A stretch of DNA of 63,743 bases, filler included, from Licmophora abbreviata (taxonomy: Eukaryota), in assembly GCA_900291995.1 (NCBI GenBank). It is 12 parts of 12 records of this genome, joined end to end, with 100 filler letters (N's around TTAATTAATTAA, not from the genome) between each part and the next. Parts side by side here need not be neighbours in the genome. Positions count along the whole stretch, not along the records: positions 36,141 to 47,236 come from OLMU01006025.1; positions 47,337 to 57,213 come from OLMU01006026.1; 10 more parts are not named here. One strand, written 5' to 3'. Within the stretch, counting starts at the first letter, position 1. Every line of letters begins with the position of its first letter. A program made the position numbers and the translations under genes. Below are positions 41,488 to 53,074 of the stretch, in pieces. The notes under the pieces are model-generated. The model had not been told where the DNA came from and ran no database searches. It was given only the letters and a program-made list of their open reading frames with translations.

Positions 41488-44312
41488 TCAAAGCTTCAGA
41501 CGATCTAAGCACTGCCATTGTCGAAACGGGCTGACCAATGAGTTTGCTGCACTCGCACCATTCAATGCGACTGCCGGGATGCCGATTCCGGGAAAGATGC
41601 TGTCGCCCGCAAGGACAAGGTTTTCGATCGGCGTGCTTCCATCCCTCAAGTAGTCCTCTGGAGATTCAATTGGAAGAGAGATGACATGGGAATGGTGAGA
41701 TCAGTGATATCGACCGATGACTTTCTCTCGAGACTTTGAATATGATACGAAGCCCGGCAGCTCACCCGTCGCAGCTCCATAAGTCCCTTCGATTCTCCGC
41801 AAGAATCGCTCGTGTGTCAGGGGTGACCCAACTAGCTTGATGACCACACGTTCTTCCAGATCGGGAATAATGCTTTCAACTGCTCGGTAAAGAACCTGCG
41901 CACGTTCTTCCTTCAGTCTCTGATACTCGGGAGAATCTCGTTTCATGCCTTTCCATAGGCTGTACGGTTCGTTTCCAGCCCCGTATGCGTGAACGATTAT
42001 GTACCCTTCCGGTGCCAGCGATCGATCAATTACGCAGGGATTCGAGACGGCAATCATGTTAAGCTCATCGCAGGGACCTTCTGTTAGACCTCTATCCATG
42101 ACAGTGTAGTGTGCCTCCATAGAATTCAAGTCAAGTCCTGTAAGAGAATTGAACCAAAGGTATTAGAGAACACAGCCAATCGCTCGTATTCGATGACACA
42201 TGCCGCGACTGCAAAGCGCTCACCATCCGCCTTGATCGCAAGATGAACGTGAAGGAAAGAGCCCGTCATTTCGGCAGTTTCCGTCTTGGAAAAGAAACTC
42301 TCGAAATTGCTTGTGGAAGGTGGACGTGTCGGAGAATTGTAGCTGCCTTCGTCCGTCACGTTCCATGTCCGTCGCCTGGCGTATCGGATACTCTCAGGGA
42401 GATAGCCGTTCATTGTTCGATACGCCAGCTCATGTTTGATGAGACTTCGAATGGACCATACGGGTACATTGCAAACAACGCCGTCGCGTGCCAGAACCTT
42501 TCTTTCGCCTCTTAATGTCAAGCCCGTTGCTCTCTTTCCGTTCCACGAAAAATCGATCGATTCGACGCGCCGTCGAAGATTTACCTTCGATCCATTGTCG
42601 TTCTGCTCCACAGCTTTGACCAGTGCATCTACGACGGAGCCTAGGCCTCCTTTCGGATAATCTAGTGAAGCCTCGGGGCGATGCATGTCAAACAGAACGT
42701 ACGCCATCGCCGCCGCCGCTGTCCTCGACGCGGGGAGACCACTCAGACTAAAAGCCAGCGCGTCAAGCCATGATCGAAGCCATGGATCAGTTACGGTATA
42801 TAGCGGACCGTCAATGAATGGCGCAAACACTCCGGTATTCAGATCACCTTGCTGCAGTAGCTCCACTAGCGCAGGAAGGTGGCGCAACAGTGGAATGAGA
42901 GCCGAGTTTCCAGGTCGCATGGCCATAGCCGGTATGTCTACAGCTCCACGCCCAAGAGGAGCCGTCTTCTCTCGCAGCTCGGAGAACTCCTGCAATGCTT
43001 TTCCACCACCAAACTCTTTCAACGGCCCCTCCTCAAAGACATCTGGGCCTAGTTTGAACTTCCATCGCTTCTCATCTACCCTACTTGGTCTTTCAATCAT
43101 ACCCCACCCATCATAGGGTATCCATTCCACATCTTGTTGAACAGCATCTAGGATCTGCCGTAGCGGATTGAAGGGAGGCGAGCTGCATCCAAGCAAAATA
43201 GTCGGACCGGAATCGAACGTGAACGTGTCTCCATTGGACGACACCCGATCAAATGCGTGTGCACACCCACCAGCCAAGTAATGTGATTCATACACGCCTA
43301 CTTTCTTCCCATACAAGGTATTGAGGATCGCTCCAGCACAAAGACCACCGATTCCAGCTCCAACAATTGCGACATCCACTTCTTCAGGCTCGTTGAGAGA
43401 GGAATTGTCAAGCTGTGATCCTGAACGATAAGGAGCAATCGACACCTCTCCATCCCCACGGGCGGTATCGTCGTTGCCGGACGAACTACCTGCGTCGAAT
43501 GATTCCGACGATGTATTCTCTGTAGCCGAAGCGACAATACGATTGTACACCGCATTAGTCATCTTATCGGGCTCTGACGATTCATCGTGACTCGGCACGC
43601 CAACCGTCGTCGACTTATCGCTGACGTGATTACCACTAGAGTCGATTGTCGTTTCGATACTATTGACGGCGACTGCTGGCTTTGGCATACGGATTACATG
43701 CCGAGTCCCTTGATGCTGGCACTGCTTCAGATACTCTAGCCGGGACCCAAAGTGCACGATTTGTGATTCTGGAGACGAAAGCTTATCTTCGTCAGCACTC
43801 AATGTCGGCTCGATACACAAGTAGTAGTATTGCTGCGCCAAGGATTCTATTTGAACCATATCGCTCTTGCCATCACTGGTGCCTTGCCCCCAACGCAGAA
43901 TAGCTTGATCCAGCTGCTGCGACAGCCCTCGATCATGCCGGTGGGTCGTGAGTCTATTCGATGAGGTAAGGGGTCTGTCTTTCAAGGCTTCATTCAGTGC
44001 AGCTGCCACGTCGCAGACTAAGCTCTCGATTTCCTCCAAGTGTAGATCGATCTGATCCGCATGTACCGGACGGTACAGTGCCACAGCTCCGTCCAACAAA
44101 CTTCGGAGCTGGTCGATCTCCGTGCGACTCTCGATTTCGTACGCTTGCAGGAAGTCTGTCCCAGAATGCAGAGCGCGAGCAAAGCCTGTCGAGATTGTGG
44201 ATCCCGCTCCTATTCGTCGTGGGCCTACTATGACTGGCCGTGTCACCCATGCAAGACATTGATCCGAAAGTGCAGCGAGCATCGCTAGAGTCACAACAAC
44301 AATCCTTGACAT
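41488..44312 (-). CDS. CRTISO-like FAD-dependent carotenoid isomerase/oxidoreductase, plastid-targeted; introns 42138..42223 and 41658..41765
   Basis: Rossmann motif VAIVGAGIGG, AGGCAH, FDSGP, YPKGG, SPLTHERFL and C-terminal GDSIFPGIGIPAVA, all in frame after splicing. Signal peptide ends in CLA-W. Confidence 0.9.
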
Positions 44313-44800
44313 GCTGATTGTACAGTCCCTTTTCGCACGACGAAAAGAACGAACTGGAGTGTTATTTTGTTCCCTTGGAGTGACGGGCGGCTTGATCTTT
44401 GTTGACGACTCGATCGTTCTCGATATTGATGTCATCGAAATTTCAAATTGACGTTGAATTCGAAGAAATTAAGAATGAAGTGCAACTTCGGGCTCGAAAA
44501 TTGCGTCTTGAAGGGGTCCTTTCGACAGAATTTCGACTGTGCCGGTATACAGCGCTGCCAAATGGATAAGAATGCAAGCAACGAATGTGAGTTGAGATAT
44601 TGCAGTCCATGCTGTGGTTTCGGCTGCGGCAACCCTGCTCTTCGGTTCACATTGCATGACGTACGCGTGGACGGCATCTGTCGCTCGGACAATCTTTCTT
44701 AAAAATCCTGCAGTCAAAGAAAAGTATCATGACATACTCGAAACTTCTGGAAGAAGGGGACCGCCACTACGTCGTGTGAGCTTTCAAACTTCTCAATACC

Positions 44801-46661
44801 ATGACGGAAGAAGACTCGCAGCACGATACTGACGGCGATCAGCCGCCGCCGTCTATTTCCTCGTCGAATTACGAGTCCCCACAGCTTCCTTACGAATACA
44901 CATTGCCTGTAGACTCGAAACAGAATGATCGGGCTTTGCAGATTCAGATTTGCTCGACTGCACGCCCACACATGCGAGCTTTTCACTGTTCATGGGTCTC
45001 CTTCTTTACCGGCTTCTTCTTGTGGTACGTGATCTGATGAACTGATGAACTCACTAACTTGTTCATTCTGGGGCTACCTTCTCTTGTCGGCGTGACTCGT
45101 CTGCACCGTTTCGCGTTTCGAAAGCTCTGCGCGGGTGTCAATGTACCGAATACTAAGTACTCGTACGTTCTTATTTCTAAGAATCCCATTGTCCTCCTCG
45201 CACGCCCCCAGGTTTTCCATCTCCCCACTGCTTGCGGAGGTTCAACGAGATCTGGGTTTGTCACGGAACAATATTTGGGTAACGACGATATGTAGTGATA
45301 TCAGTACCCTCTTTCTACGCTGGATGCTTGGCCCGATCAACGATCAGTATGGAGCCAGAATTCCGATGGGAATCACTTTAATTGTTGCCGCCATTCCAGT
45401 CGGCATGACGGGCCTAGTTGACTCCTACGCTGGTCTCACCATCTTGCGTTTTGCAATTGGTACTGTCGGAACCACCTTTGTCATGTCTCAGTACTGGTAA
45501 GAAGCACACGATTATAGTGCGGCGCGAGTCATGGCCTTGCTCGTGCGCGTATTTCTCGACGACAATACTTACCTTCGCTTTTGCGTCGCACAAACATGAA
45601 AAAGGTCTTCGAGAATGTTCGCCAAGGGAGTCACTGGAACTGCAAATGCGATTGTTGCGGGATGGGGAAATTCTGGAGCTGGAGTCGCCTCGCTCGTCAT
45701 GGGCGCTCTGCTATTTCCCTTGTTTCGAGACAATGTCTATGGCGGCGATAGCGAAAAGGCATGGCGTACCATCTTTGTCATTCCTGCTGTCATTGCGGTG
45801 GTCGTGGGAATCGCAATCATGAAATACAGTGACGATGCTCCTCAGGGATACTATAGCGAAATGAAACGACAAGGAACCATGGACTTGTCAGCTATCCGGG
45901 CCAAGTTCCGATCCCGTACATCTATTCGGAATGCTTGGCTCCTTGCCATCCAGTATGCCGTATGCTTTGGAGTGGAAATTACCATGAACAATGCACTTTC
46001 ATTCTACTTTCAAGACGTGTTTAGTGAGAGCATAGAGTCGGCGGCTGCGCTGACAAGCATTTTCGGGTTGATGAATTTGTTTGCCCGTGCGTGTGGTGGT
46101 ATGCTCAGCGACCGATGGAACTCGACCATGGGAATGAGAGGACGACTTCGAGCGCAAACTTGCTGTTTGATTCTTCAGGGATGCGCAACGATTGGCTTTG
46201 CATATGCCGATGGATCTCTCAGTGCTACCATTCCTACGATGATCATCTTCTCTATCTTTCTGCAGGCTTCTGAAGGCGCCATCTTTGGAATAGTGCCGTA
46301 TGTGAACAGCCCGCTGACTGGTTTGATTGCAGGAATTGTCGGTTCCGGAGGAAACTTGGGAGGGGTCATATTTTCCATTTGTTTCACTCAATTTTCCTAT
46401 CAAACTGTCTATATCATCATGGGAGTTTCAGCTATTGTCGCGTCGTCCCTGAGCGCGTTCATCCGCATTCCTGGGCACGCTGGACTGCTATGGGGGACGG
46501 ACATTGTGTCGCAAGAGCCGGTAGGTAAAACGAGCCGTATTGTATTCTTGCGCAAAGTCTTATTCACTCACTGTGGGTGTTTGTTGCTGTGCCTCGGGTA
46601 GACGAGTGGCCATCCAGGACCAACGACCAGGCAGTCCGATGAAGAGGCCGGAAATGAGTAG
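44801..46661 (+). CDS. NRT2: High-affinity nitrate transporter (NRT2/NNP family, MFS); introns 45025..45211, 45497..45604 and 46521..46601
   Basis: PHMRAFHCSW, GTANAIVAGWGNSGAG nitrate signature, FGVEITMNN, FARACGGMLSD. The conserved TM2 and TM8 arginines are present. Three GT-AG introns restore the frame. Confidence 0.93.
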
Positions 46662-46921
46662 ACTAGCTAGAGTGGGGTGAAGCGACAACCAAATTCTAAG
46701 ACGATTCGACACGTTGAAGGTTTCTCTACACTGAATAATAGACTGGATGAATGTCGACTACTCGTACACTCTTTGATCGCCCTGACACCGAGGTCGAAAC
46801 GTTGTTGAGACTGGGCGCATAGGTCTAGCTAGCTTTCGGGCAGTCTAGTTCATGCTAAAAGACTTCTATTTTCGATATGATACTACAAGTACAAAAACGC
46901 ATGGTCTCGAGTGATTCAAAT

Positions 46922-47447
46922 CTAAGGGAGTCTCGTGAGTGTCCATCCACATTCTTCTTCCAGTTCCTCTGCGGTAATCACATCGAACACAGCACTACCT
47001 GGAGCAGGGTTAGGCTGCTTGTTGCGGGGCGCTTCCTCTTCTTCGTGATTGAGAGCTTGGTTGTAGACATCCAATCGACGCTGTAGTTTGACATCAGCAT
47101 TTCTGAGGTCGGCCCGCACCTTCTTGTGCGCCTGCTGAACATGTGAGACAAGGCTCTACAGTTCCAGCTTCGTCTTTGCGCTAGCCATCTGAAGGTTTTC
47201 GATGGTCCCCATGGCGTCAGCGAGCTGCTTTTCCAANNNNNNNNNNNNNNNNNNNNNNNNNNNNNNNNNNNNNNNNNNNNTTAATTAATTAANNNNNNNN
47301 NNNNNNNNNNNNNNNNNNNNNNNNNNNNNNNNNNNNGCTTGGCTTCTTGGCGTCGACGTCGTCTTCCGTAGTCGTAGTCGTAGTGGCAATGCGATTCGCC
47401 GCGGCGGGGTGGTTCTCTGCTGCGTTCTGGTTGAAGAAGGACGACAT
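46922..47447 (-). pseudogene. Coiled-coil ORF split by gap 47237-47336, with an in-frame TAG at 47156-47158 (pseudogene or sequencing error)
   Basis: LEKQLADAMGTIENLQMASAKTKLEL*SLVSHVQQAHKKVRADLRNADVKLQRRL reads as one helix across the stop. MSSFFNQN... on the far side of the gap may be the N-terminus. Confidence 0.4.
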
Positions 47448-47578
47448 GGAGTCGGGAGTTCTGTCAAGAAGAGAGCAAGATGAGGGAGGATCCGTGAGTG
47501 CAAGGGGTGAGGCGGGGATGGAAGGCAGCATGGAAGCACGTCGCACCCGATACAGTCGTTCGGTCGTCGGCATTGAAG

Positions 47579-47619
47579 ATTCTCGCCGCATTCTCGCCGC
47601 ATTCTCGCCGCATTCTCGC
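47579..47619. repeat. 11-bp tandem repeat (attctcgccgc), about 3.7 copies
   Basis: Read directly from the sequence. Confidence 0.9.
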
Positions 47620-48001
47620 TCGATCTTCGAAGCACCGCTTCCCACGACGACGTCATACCTTTATCAAGCGCTAGGAAAGCTTCAAGATGCAAGCTGCGAC
47701 TGAATGATCGTTTCTTCTCACGATCGACGACACCGCGGGCACTGTGACGACTTTTTGAACGGAAACTTTGAACATCGAAACGCCGTCGCGATCAAATTTT
47801 TTACTCCGGGTTTCTATACTTGAGTCAAAGGAGTCGAACACAGATGCGTACGTGTTTCGCCCTTCACCAATCTCAAAAATCATGCGGTGTGATGACTTCA
47901 CTCAAGATCTGAATGAGTTGGTGGTGTCGTTGCGTAACACTCTCCCAGCTCGTTCATTGCCCACAGCTTACCAATTGTCTTCACGTCGCCGTTCAGATAC
48001 C

Positions 48002-48749
48002 ATGAAGACTTCGCTTCTTGTGATTGCGGCTCTGCTGGGCTCAACGTCGAGCTTCTCGGTCCCCGGAAAAGCTTTTCTGAAATGTGAGTGAAAAGTCAGT
48101 TTCGTCAGTTTTGGTCTGTCGCAGTCCATGTGGACCATCGTGCGCAACTCTTCGCGTCGTTGGATTCACGTCGACCTCACAAGCATGTCACCGAATCTCC
48201 TTAGCATCGACGCCTCTCTCGGCAGCGAAAGAGACGTCTCGTGCCGACTTTTTGCTTCAGTTTGGAGCCGCCATCTCCGCTGCTACACTCGTGCCAGGCG
48301 CCGCGAACGCTGCCAAGTACGGCGGCTTCGGAGCTGGCTCCCCCGAAGTCCTGAGCCCAGCTGAGGCCATTATCGACAAAGATATCTTAGGATCGTCGTC
48401 TGTGCAGAACGCTCTCCAGGGAGTCAAGGCTTATGCGGCGGGAGTCAAGAACATGCAGGAGGCCCTAGAAGCGAATGCGCAGACGGACATTGGGCCTTAC
48501 ATTCGAAAGAACTTTGACTTCGTTAACTTGCGTCGTGATTTGAATGTTCTGAACTCGGCCTTTGACGAAGACACGCAACGTGGCACCGATAGGATCATTC
48601 GCATCATCATGCAGGACATCACGGAGCTGGAGACTGCCAACAAGCAAAAGGACGGCATCGAGAGGTCAGAGCGTCGACTTGATATTATGAAGGGAAAGCT
48701 AGCGAAGCTCAGCTCCGCCTTTGAGGACTACCTTGCTTTTGCCAATTGA
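48002..48749 (+). CDS. Nuclear-encoded thylakoid-lumen-type helical protein of unknown function; intron probably 48084..48204
   Basis: Signal peptide with TSS-F (ASAF-like) cleavage site, transit peptide, Tat-like SRADFL, hydrophobic stretch and ANA-A lumenal cleavage site. Confidence 0.75.
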
Positions 48750-49971
48750 TAGCTACGAGTTCAGGGCGCGTGGAATGACTGACAGAGGTGGGGCTATGTG
48801 TGATGGTACAAGCGAGCTACGGACGGACGGACATCATCACGAAAATAGGGTGCTAATATGGTTTCTAACGTGATAGTAAGCTTCGTCGACTGGCATTTGC
48901 CACTTGGTTCCCTTTGTTAGTACACGCACGCGCTTCTCGGTGCTTCCTAGTGCGGAACGCACGGTATAGCTCGAGGCCCCATAGTGAGTCGAGTCGAGTC
49001 GCGCATTCACAATGGATGATTCACAGGCGACTTCGAGTGGAAGAGTGCTTCACTCATGGATCGCAAGTCGTTCAGGAGACAACACAGAATGCGGCAGCGT
49101 GTCACGTTGCCATGGGCACTTCAGCCAAGCCTGAAAGGCTTGTCATCTCGCTAGAAGATCCCAGTGGCCCTCCTCTCTCTCGCGTGATCGTAGCGAAGGC
49201 TCGCACGGTTGGTCGCATATTGCTTCTGGTTGCTTTCCGAATGCGCGCGACGGCGTTCGGCGAATGATCAACAGGAATGGTATCCCCCGTGAAGAAGGAC
49301 GGTCTGAGCTTTATATATCCGAATTCCACACAATCACCTCCAGCAAAATGTATATTAGGTTCTTTATGAAACATGGCATATCCTGCGTTGTGTAATTCTG
49401 CAAACTCATGACTCGACTCACTCGAGTCACTCGACTAGCATGAGCGCGGACTAGGAGCTGCGAAGACCGACGTACGAGTAAGTAGTCTAGGGTCTAGCAC
49501 ACATATCATACACTGAAACCTACTTACTACTTACCTTGTTTTCCAGTCTAGTGAAATTCGTTGGATGTGATATCATACAAGGTGTAGCTTGGGTTTCGAC
49601 TTACTCGATCACACCACGCAAGGAAAAAGGAATGCTGGATCTCTATTTTTACAACAGCATCTCCTGTCTCTTGGAGAGATTCGAAAATCGAAGTTTTGCG
49701 TAGAAAGTGTACTACGAGGTACGCAAACAAGATGCTGTCACCTCTTGTTGGAACTGGATGGTGGTCGTCATGTTCGATGCCAGCTCGAGTAAGTCTTCCA
49801 GTATTGGAATCAATCATCAGCACAGCTTCATTATCTGTCGTCTCCACTGGCAAGCTGTTTCCTTACTGCAGTTTATTGCAGTCACACGGTAGTATTCGTG
49901 AGAGTCCTTTTCCTGTTCTGAAAGCATACTGAGAAGAAGTCAAAACTTGAGCTCAAAATTGAATTTGGAAC

Positions 49972-52911
49972 ATGTCGGCAACACCCCCTCCTTCTTCCGC
50001 TGGCAACGACGGCCTTTCTTCACGCTCCTCGGTCGTGGGCACCATTTCTGGTAGTCGCTCCGACAGTGGACGAATCACCAGTGTCCAGGCGAAGGGAACT
50101 TTCGACGCCCCCGGAGAACAGCAGCAACATCAGCACGAGATCTTGGTAGCTCCCTCCAGCACCCGCCGCAGTCGCAACTACTCCGAAGAAGACGAGGAGA
50201 TTCGTCGGGCCAAGGCCATGGCAGTCGCTATCAGTCAGAATCCCAGTGTCAGTAATCCAGACGATGTGCGAGCGCTCGTTCAAGACAAAGCCAAAAAGGG
50301 CTTGCTAATTCCTGGTCGACTCGCACAGGCCTTGCAGGGAACTGCTACCGATATTTCGACACCGACGGCCACAACTTCCGAGCAGCAGCAACAAACCAAG
50401 AAACGGACCCCCCTCGTGAAGTCGTTCCATGAAACCTTTCGATCTTCCCAAAGGAAAAGAGCCGACAGTAAGGAAACCAGTCCGAGTTCACCCAAATCAC
50501 CGAATGAAAAGGGTGGCAAGGTCACGTCGCCGCTGCGGAACTTGTTGAGCAGCAGTGCTCCTCGTGCAACTACCACAGGGTCCCAACTACCGCCTCATCA
50601 CCAACAGCGACGAGTGACCATGCCGGTTCTGTCTCCAACGGGATCTGTTGACGAAACCGACACTGCGGGTAATACGGGTGGGCGACGCAGTCGCAAGAGT
50701 ACTGCGGATGACCCGGAACGACGAAGTCCTTCGAGCAATGGTGCAGGGGCCGACACTACCGACGTGCTCGCCACTCCTGTAGAGGAATCAATCCGCCTCT
50801 CGGCGATTGTTTGGAAGCGACGATCGGGGCTGGGGAAGCTGTCTGCCACGAAAGCATGGGAACGTCGTCGCATCATTCTTCAGGGACCCAAAGTTATCTA
50901 CTTTTCTCATGATGGAGAAGATGTAGACGAAACGTTGGTGGACGAAGTAACGGATTCACCGACGTCGAACTCTAAAGAGAAAAAGACCTCCTGGTTTGAG
51001 CAGGCTGCCGAACGAGCACGTGGAAATTTCCCTCTCAGCTTGGGTACGACTGTCGATCCATCCATGCCACGCGGAATCCTTGATATGGTCAAGGAAAGCG
51101 CGACCGTCGCGGCAGCCTTGGGACATTCAGGGGCCCCGACGCCGTTTGCGCTTAGTATAAAGGTCAAGGGCGACACTTACTGGAAGTTCTGTTTCACTAC
51201 GCACCGAGAACAGATGGAGTGGTTGGCGGCGTTGACCGATGTTGTCGTCGCGTCGAGCGTTGACTCATACAACACGCAACTCTTGGCGGCAGCGGATCCC
51301 TCCAACCACAACCATGATGGTGTCTTTCATGGAAGTGCGATTCATGCAATGCCTCCTCCACCAGAAAATCCTACAGACGAGCATGAAGGGGGGCATCGAC
51401 TGTGGATGGTTCAAGACTACAATCTTAGCTCTCCGCAAGCGCAAGGAACGACAGCGTCGAACAACGGCTTCGACATCGACGAGAAGGACACGAGTGTTTT
51501 TCCCGAGAATTCGGTGGCGATGGCTGCAGCCCTAGCTGCAGAGGATACTGGATCTATTGCAGATCGCCTTTCTTCAGCAATCATTCCAATCGAGCAGGAC
51601 AACGTTGTTGGAGAAGTATGGACGATACGCGAGAAGGATGTCTATGCCATGGTCGCCATTGTAAATGTCGCGCTGGTGTACTCGCATGCGTCTTCAACAT
51701 CTGCGGAAGGGTTCTGGTACGTTGTCACCTTTGCTAACCTTGGACTCTGGTTCTGTTTGACGAACGAAGAAGAGAAGCTGAAAAAAGAAAAGAAAGAAAA
51801 TTTAAAAGTTGTAGTGTCACCTTCAGAGAAAGAACAAGCCGAAGAAGATGTTGTTGCCGCCCCTGAGGCAGAAAGCCATCATCGGTCTTTCCGAATCAAT
51901 CGTGGTCGCCGCGGCTCGAAGAAGAAATCTACTATCAAGTCTAAGGCAGTGCCGGCGAAGGACCCCGCTGTGCGGGGCTACAAACCGGTGGCTGGTACGA
52001 CGACTCTACCCATCGTGAATACAACCGATCTCGCTGTGAACGACAAGAACGAAGTATTCGCCGGTTGGCGAAAGACTCCCGCCAGCGAGTTCTCAGTCCG
52101 ATCGCATGGTTACTTGACCACGAAGAAGAAGATCGCGTCCCCCGGAGAGCTCTACGAGTGCTCCTATGTTGACATTTTCGAGTCTCCCAGTCGCTACCCC
52201 GACATGGCGCCGCGTGTGCAGCTCCCCACGGTCGAGTTTGACGACGACGACGGTGCCAAAACATGGCGAGCGCCTGATATATTTGTAGTCAGCATTTCAC
52301 TTCCAACGGACCCACCCAAGCTTCGAGGGCCCAGCAACGACGGAGGCGGATACACTATCACCATGTACATGACGATGCGAAAGGAGACTCGCGACATTCT
52401 TCGTCGCGTGACGGCCGATAACTATGACCCCTCTACTGAGAAAGTGGAGGATATGCAAAAGAGCAAGGTCAACGCGGTCAAGCTCTTTGAAGAGTGGTGC
52501 CGAAGGGCTCCCAACGACGCCGCATTTCAAGGACGGTTCAAACTGATTGTGACTTGCCAGAACCTCAAGGAGATTGGGATTCCGAATTGGATTGGCAAGT
52601 ACAATGGGAAACCTGTGCTCATAAAGCGCGCCGGAACGACGGGATTCCTCCACACTCACCCAGAGTTGTCGGTAGTCGAATTTGACATTTCGTTTCACGC
52701 GTTCCCGTACCTTGCAAAGCAGGCGATTTGTTACTTGAAAGAAAACTTCTTCCAGAAGGTTCTTGCGACTTTTGGTTTTGTAATTGAAGGACGATCTGAT
52801 GACGAGCTTCCGGAATGCGTTATCGGTTCGATGCAATTGTGCTACCCCGATCCAGCCATTGCTATCCAGGCGGCGGACTTCTTTGACGGAACGAGCAAGC
52901 GGTCATTCTGA
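49972..52911 (+). CDS. PH domain + membrane hairpin + EDR2 C-terminal (DUF1336) domain protein
   Basis: PH: VWKRRSGLGK...WERRRIIL...EQMEWLAAL. EDR2_C: FSVRSHGYLTTKKK, RFKLI, YNGKPVLI, FVIEGRSDDELPE. Confidence 0.85.
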   Translation: MSATPPPSSAGNDGLSSRSSVVGTISGSRSDSGRITSVQAKGTFDAPGEQQQHQHEILVAPSSTRRSRNYSEEDEEIRRAKAMAVAISQNPSVSNPDDVRALVQDKAKKGLLIPGRLAQALQGTATDISTPTATTSEQQQQTKKRTPLVKSFHETFRSSQRKRADSKETSPSSPKSPNEKGGKVTSPLRNLLSSSAPRATTTGSQLPPHHQQRRVTMPVLSPTGSVDETDTAGNTGGRRSRKSTADDPERRSPSSNGAGADTTDVLATPVEESIRLSAIVWKRRSGLGKLSATKAWERRRIILQGPKVIYFSHDGEDVDETLVDEVTDSPTSNSKEKKTSWFEQAAERARGNFPLSLGTTVDPSMPRGILDMVKESATVAAALGHSGAPTPFALSIKVKGDTYWKFCFTTHREQMEWLAALTDVVVASSVDSYNTQLLAAADPSNHNHDGVFHGSAIHAMPPPPENPTDEHEGGHRLWMVQDYNLSSPQAQGTTASNNGFDIDEKDTSVFPENSVAMAAALAAEDTGSIADRLSSAIIPIEQDNVVGEVWTIREKDVYAMVAIVNVALVYSHASSTSAEGFWYVVTFANLGLWFCLTNEEEKLKKEKKENLKVVVSPSEKEQAEEDVVAAPEAESHHRSFRINRGRRGSKKKSTIKSKAVPAKDPAVRGYKPVAGTTTLPIVNTTDLAVNDKNEVFAGWRKTPASEFSVRSHGYLTTKKKIASPGELYECSYVDIFESPSRYPDMAPRVQLPTVEFDDDDGAKTWRAPDIFVVSISLPTDPPKLRGPSNDGGGYTITMYMTMRKETRDILRRVTADNYDPSTEKVEDMQKSKVNAVKLFEEWCRRAPNDAAFQGRFKLIVTCQNLKEIGIPNWIGKYNGKPVLIKRAGTTGFLHTHPELSVVEFDISFHAFPYLAKQAICYLKENFFQKVLATFGFVIEGRSDDELPECVIGSMQLCYPDPAIAIQAADFFDGTSKRSF

Positions 52912-53074
52912 GTGCCGCACCAGGGACTAACGCAATATCGTCTATCACTTTAGAGTTGGAATTGTTTTATTGTGTAGCTTTTGTCGTCGCAGTTGCACAC
53001 GCCGCTTGAAGAGCCTAGCGTGTGTCGTCGCGCTCCTGAGCTAGTACCACAGCAACCTCGCATTGTAGCAGCGA

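Noticed and set aside
48002..48749. Naming this gene psbQ or psb31
   Set aside because: The leader fits a lumenal protein, but I cannot match the mature sequence to either subunit.
48983..49422. MITE bounded by a 13-bp inverted repeat (agtgagtcgagtc)
   Set aside because: There is no target-site duplication and the repeat is the dispersed GAGTC motif found elsewhere. The internal ORF has no transposase features.
49102..49853. Two minus-strand ORFs of 90 and 101 aa upstream of the EDR2-like gene
   Set aside because: No motifs or convincing splice link, and the lengths are compatible with chance.
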